Of a DNA stretch of 64,000 nt, positions 60,315-64,000 are shown piece after piece; positions within the stretch are counted from its first letter, which is position 1, and each line of letters opens with the position of its first letter. The position numbers were made by a program, and so were the translations under genes. The DNA is from Candidatus Shapirobacteria bacterium (GTDB taxonomy: Bacteria > Patescibacteriota > Microgenomatia > UBA12405). The stretch is from assembly GCA_041661765.1 (NCBI GenBank), contig JBAZTV010000003.1:1064-65063 (forward strand), written 5' to 3'. A model generated the notes under the pieces. The model saw nothing but the letters and a program-made list of their open reading frames with translations. It was not told where the DNA came from and did no database searches.

Positions 60315-61715
60315 TTACGTTATTGGTCTTATTTTACAGGTATTTCCTAAATCTTCAACTAGATAACCTTTATTTTTAATAATTTCCCTTAATTTGTCAG
60401 ACTCCGTCCAATTCTTATTCTCTCTTGCCTTTTGCCTTTCATCTGCTAATTTTGCAATTTCTTCCGGAATCTTTTCCTCCTCAACTCTTTTATCTAAATT
60501 TAATCCTAAAACTTTATCAAAATCTAAAATAGTTGCATATCTTTTTTCAAAACTCAAATCTGAGTCTAATAATTCTGAAATAATTGCCAGTACTTCTGGT
60601 ATAGCTAAATCATTACTAATTGCTTCAATAAATCTATTTTTATAATCTTCATCAATAATATCTAAATTTGGTTCAATATTTCCTTTTTTAAAACCTTCTT
60701 TCCATAAAAATAAAATATTTTTTATTTTATTTAAACGATTTTCGGATACTTTTAAATTTTCTAATGAAAATTCAATTCCTTTTCTATAATGAGAACCTAA
60801 CACCATATATCTAAAAGCCATTGGATCAAAACCCATTTCTTTTAAATCAAAAATTGTGTAAAGCCCACCACTCGACTTACTAATTTTTTCTCCTTTAAAA
60901 GAAATAAAAGCATTATGCATCCAGTAATGAGCCGTGTTATGGCCAAAAGCCGCAAAAGATTGAGCAACTTCATTAGTATGATGAACTGGAATATGATCCT
61001 CCCCACCAGTATGAATATCAAAAATATCACCTAAATATTTAGTCGACATGGCTGTGCATTCAACATGCCACCCCGGAAATCCCATCCCCCAAGGACTTTC
61101 CCATTCCATTTGTCTTTTTTCATCCTTGGGACTAAATTTCCACAAAGCAAAGTCGCTTGGATTTTTCTTTTCCTCATTAATTTCCACCCTCACCCCTTCT
61201 CTTATTTTTTTCAAATCTAAATTGGCAAATTTTCCATAATCAATAAACTTAGACGTGTCAAAATAAATTCCATCACTTATTTTATAAGTAAAACCATTAT
61301 TCTCAATTTTTTTGATTAAATCAATTTGCTCCTGAATATGATCTGTTGCTCTTGGCATTTTCCAAGGCAATTCTATATTTAATTCTTTTAAATTTTCCAA
61401 AAATTCATTTTCATATTTCTTAGCAATTTCCCAAACCGTCAATCCTTCCTTTTTAGAACCTTTTTCCATCTTATCTTCACCACTATCCGCATCCGAAGTT
61501 AAATGACCAACATCTGTAATATTTATTACATTATTAACTCTATATCCTAAATACTTAAAAGTTCGCGTCAAAACATCCCAACAAACATAAGCATACATAT
61601 TACCAATATGTGGACTGGAATAAACTGTCGGTCCACAAGAATAAATCCCTACCTCATTTTTTTTAATAGGCTTAAATTCTTCTTTTTGTCTAATTAGAGT
61701 ATTATAAATTTTCAT
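60315..61715 (-). CDS. cysS: Cysteine--tRNA ligase
   Basis: HIGN (SSPHIGNMYAY) and KMSKS-type (KISKSSGG) motifs; zinc-binding Cys. Confidence 0.85.
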   Translation of the reverse strand: MKIYNTLIRQKEEFKPIKKNEVGIYSCGPTVYSSPHIGNMYAYVCWDVLTRTFKYLGYRVNNVINITDVGHLTSDADSGEDKMEKGSKKEGLTVWEIAKKYENEFLENLKELNIELPWKMPRATDHIQEQIDLIKKIENNGFTYKISDGIYFDTSKFIDYGKFANLDLKKIREGVRVEINEEKKNPSDFALWKFSPKDEKRQMEWESPWGMGFPGWHVECTAMSTKYLGDIFDIHTGGEDHIPVHHTNEVAQSFAAFGHNTAHYWMHNAFISFKGEKISKSSGGLYTIFDLKEMGFDPMAFRYMVLGSHYRKGIEFSLENLKVSENRLNKIKNILFLWKEGFKKGNIEPNLDIIDEDYKNRFIEAISNDLAIPEVLAIISELLDSDLSFEKRYATILDFDKVLGLNLDKRVEEEKIPEEIAKLADERQKARENKNWTESDKLREIIKNKGYLVEDLGNTCKIRPIT

Positions 61716-62200
61716 TATTTATCAATTTTACCCTTATATTCACTAGTTTGTGACATTTGAGTCTGGTCGGGTTGTTGTGTTTTTCTTTTATTTCCACCTT
61801 TGTCTTTATGATGTTTCGATGGTTGTATCAATTCAAGATTAGCCATTTGATTTTGTCTTTCCATTTCTCTTTGTCTTTTTAAATTTTCCAATTCAATATT
61901 TCCTTTTTCTTCTTCCTCCTTTTCTTGTTGTCGTCTTAATTTTTCCATTTCATTTTCCACATTTCGTCCTTGTCCGCCAAAACCTTGACGAAGACGAGAC
62001 ATTTCTTCTTGCTTTTTATTTTCATCTTCTGCCTTTCTTTGGGCTATTTCTTGATCATTCAATGGCTTAATATCTCCCAAAAGTTCCCGTGCCGTAATTA
62101 CTGATCCAGCAATTTTCCCCGTTTCTTCCACTAATTTCTCCGCCGTCTCCACCCCTAATTGCCCCAACCCTTTTTTAAAATCATTTATAACCTGATTCAT
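61715..62200 (-). CDS. Hypothetical charged coiled-coil protein
   Basis: Glu/Arg/Gln-rich low-complexity ORF. Confidence 0.35.
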   Translation of the reverse strand: MNQVINDFKKGLGQLGVETAEKLVEETGKIAGSVITARELLGDIKPLNDQEIAQRKAEDENKKQEEMSRLRQGFGGQGRNVENEMEKLRRQQEKEEEEKGNIELENLKRQREMERQNQMANLELIQPSKHHKDKGGNKRKTQQPDQTQMSQTSEYKGKIDK

Positions 62201-62206
62201 AATTTA

Positions 62207-62812
62207 TTATATCTCCCTTCGTCCTTCCATGGCTCTACTCAAAGTTGCCTGATCAGCATACTCCAAATCAGCTCCCATCGGTAAACCGCTACCAATTCGA
62301 GAAATTTTAATATTTTCTTTAGCTAAATTTTCAATTTTTTTCTTAATATATAAAGCCGTTGCTTCACCTTCCATTGTTGGATTAGTCGCCAAAATAATTT
62401 CCATATCGGTTTCAACCCTATTAATAAGTTCTCCAATTTTTAAATCATCTGGACCTACGTGTTCCAAAGGATTCACCACTCCACCTAATACATGATAAAT
62501 ACCATTAAATCCGCCAATTTTTTCAATTGCCATCACATCAATCGCTCTTTCCACTACACAAATAATTTTTCTATTTCTCTTTTCATCTTCACAAATAGAG
62601 CATAACTCTCCCTCACAGACCGAAAAACATTCCTTGCAAATCTTTACTTCTTTTTTGATTGCCAGAAGTGATCTAGCTATTTCCATTACATAAGACTCTG
62701 GAGTATTCAGTAAGTAAAACACCAATCTACTGGCACTTTTAGGCCCAATTCCCGGCAATCTTTCAAACGCCGCAATTAAATTTTTAATACTCTTTGGTAA
62801 TTCTGCTGCCAT
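62207..62812 (-). CDS. recR: Recombination protein RecR
   Basis: HhH N-terminus; C4 zinc finger CKEC...CSIC; Toprim. Confidence 0.85.
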   Translation of the reverse strand: MAAELPKSIKNLIAAFERLPGIGPKSASRLVFYLLNTPESYVMEIARSLLAIKKEVKICKECFSVCEGELCSICEDEKRNRKIICVVERAIDVMAIEKIGGFNGIYHVLGGVVNPLEHVGPDDLKIGELINRVETDMEIILATNPTMEGEATALYIKKKIENLAKENIKISRIGSGLPMGADLEYADQATLSRAMEGRREI

Positions 62813-62820
62813 TAGAAAAT

Positions 62821-63069
62821 TTAAAATAATCCTTCAAGTCCACCCATATCTTTCATTCTTTTCGCCGCCATTTCCTGAGATTTTTTTAAAGCCTTATTAA
62901 TAGTGTCCACTAAGATTTTATTTTCCACTCCATTCACTGACAAAAACTTAATTTTTTGATCTCCAGTTACAACTACTTTAACTCCACTTTCTTCAACTTC
63001 AATTGATTCTGCTTCAATTGCTTTTTTCAATTTATAAGCCTGAGCTAACATTTTTGTTTTATCAAACAT
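62821..63069 (-). CDS. YbaB/EbfC-family nucleoid-associated protein
   Basis: About 82 aa, upstream of recR (conserved dnaX-ybaB-recR order). Confidence 0.5.
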   Translation of the reverse strand: MFDKTKMLAQAYKLKKAIEAESIEVEESGVKVVVTGDQKIKFLSVNGVENKILVDTINKALKKSQEMAAKRMKDMGGLEGLF

Positions 63070-63116
63070 AATTTAAATTAATTTTTAATTTTCTCTATTA
63101 TAACTTAAAAAATAAA

Positions 63117-64000
63117 TCAACCGAATATCTCTTTTGCCACATCATAAATGTCTCCACCACCAGCTTTGTCACCTTTATTCTCCGCCAACTGATCACTAAC
63201 GCATTCCATTGGTGTATCGTTTTTAATTACTAACGGTTGTCTTTTATTTTTTGCTAAAACACATTCAAAACCCAAATCCACTCCAAAAACCTTAGAAATC
63301 CCCTCTTCCACTATTTTTCTATTTTTACTTTCTTCCAATCGATCTTTATGAAACGGATAAAAAACTTCCAACAATAAAATATTTCCCTTAATTGATTTTG
63401 GTTTAGTTGCTCTCAAGAACGCTTCAACTGCATAATTAAACGGTTTAACCGCCACCAACAAACTTCCCCATTTTTCCTCTATTGTTTCCAATTCCAAAGA
63501 ACAAATATGTTGTGAATCTTGCATAGATGCATTGCAAGGTGTCTCTATAATTTCTACTTCATTTACAATCTGCCTTACAGTTTCCTTTTTATCCGTTTTT
63601 TTTTGTAGAGACGCCATGCTTGGCGTCTCTACCTCAGTAATAATAATTTTTTCATCAATTTCTGATTTTTTTTTAAAATTTTCTTGACTGCGATTTGTCT
63701 CCCCAAATTCCACCACTGCCAATTCCATTGGCAATTGATCAATTTCCACATCTTTTTCAATTTTAGATGCCTTCACTAAAAGATTCATAAAAAATTCCGA
63801 TTCTTCTAAATTAACTCCACCCATTTTTTTCTCTCCAATTCCATAAAACGCCAGAATTTTTTTTTGAAAAAAAATCATTAATTTCAACCTAAAACTAGAA
63901 AAATCCACTCCGTCAGTTGCCATTTTTTCCAACTTTTCTAAAATTAACTTTATCTCTCCATTATTCAAATCTTTATCAAAATCTTCCTCATTATAACTAC
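63117..64000 (-). CDS. Partial gene (5' end off window, in frame to position 64000); possibly the C-terminal part of DnaX. Contains one intact and one degenerate in-frame REP
   Basis: Synteny with ybaB-recR; ORF-track start is a TTG and the frame stays open upstream. Confidence 0.35.
   Translation of the reverse strand, partial: SYNEEDFDKDLNNGEIKLILEKLEKMATDGVDFSSFRLKLMIFFQKKILAFYGIGEKKMGGVNLEESEFFMNLLVKASKIEKDVEIDQLPMELAVVEFGETNRSQENFKKKSEIDEKIIITEVETPSMASLQKKTDKKETVRQIVNEVEIIETPCNASMQDSQHICSLELETIEEKWGSLLVAVKPFNYAVEAFLRATKPKSIKGNILLLEVFYPFHKDRLEESKNRKIVEEGISKVFGVDLGFECVLAKNKRQPLVIKNDTPMECVSDQLAENKGDKAGGGDIYDVAKEIFG
63523..63548 (+). repeat. Degenerate REP remnant ATAGATGCATTGCAAGGTGTCTCTAT (compare the 6874 copy)
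   Basis: Loop ttgcatgcaa-like and eroded stem. Confidence 0.4.
63605..63632 (+). repeat. REP-like palindrome GTAGAGACGCCA-tgct-TGGCGTCTCTAC, in frame inside 63117..64000
   Basis: 12-bp perfect stem with GTAG/CTAC termini. Confidence 0.8.

Overview
This window is AT-rich, gene-dense bacterial chromosome that looks like a small-genome Patescibacteria/CPR-type organism (inference).

**Gene content.**
- The 5' third is a type IV pilus locus, all on the minus strand: PilB, PilT, PilC, a major pilin, the prepilin peptidase PilD, and nine tandem minor-pilin/pseudopilin paralogs.
- The rest is mostly housekeeping: holB-like, fic, ligA, pth, a MacAB-like efflux set, epmA/kamA-like genes, gyrB-gyrA, xerC/D, lgt/lspA, dnaB, acd, hisS, rpmE, a truncated RF1, htrA, ctpA, rpsF-ssb-rpsR, cysS, recR and ybaB.
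- Three tRNAs are present: Ala-CGC, Leu-CAA and His-GTG.

**Main unexplained signal: two families of small palindromic repeats that invade coding sequence in frame.**
- A GTAG...CTAC REP-like hairpin family (GTAGAGACG-loop-CGTCTCTAC) sits next to a frameshifted IS200-like RAYT gene, which itself carries an inverted REP doublet.
- A G-rich hairpin element family (AAGGGAGGTG-hairpin-GGAGGGTTT) has nine clear copies, all in plus orientation, with compensatory stem mutations.
- Copies of both families lie inside ligA, the prepilin peptidase gene, a dnaX-like gene, and the cleaved leader peptides of three prepilins.

**Other points.**
- A partial secreted Cys-rich protein with 96-bp tandem repeats runs off the 5' end of the window.
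- An RF1-type release factor lacks its N-terminal domain.
- A ~900-bp ORF-free, iteron-rich region flanks the tyrosine recombinase gene.
- An EpmA-like gene overlaps an HDAC-like gene.
- Several genes have -10 elements only 5-9 nt upstream of their ATG.
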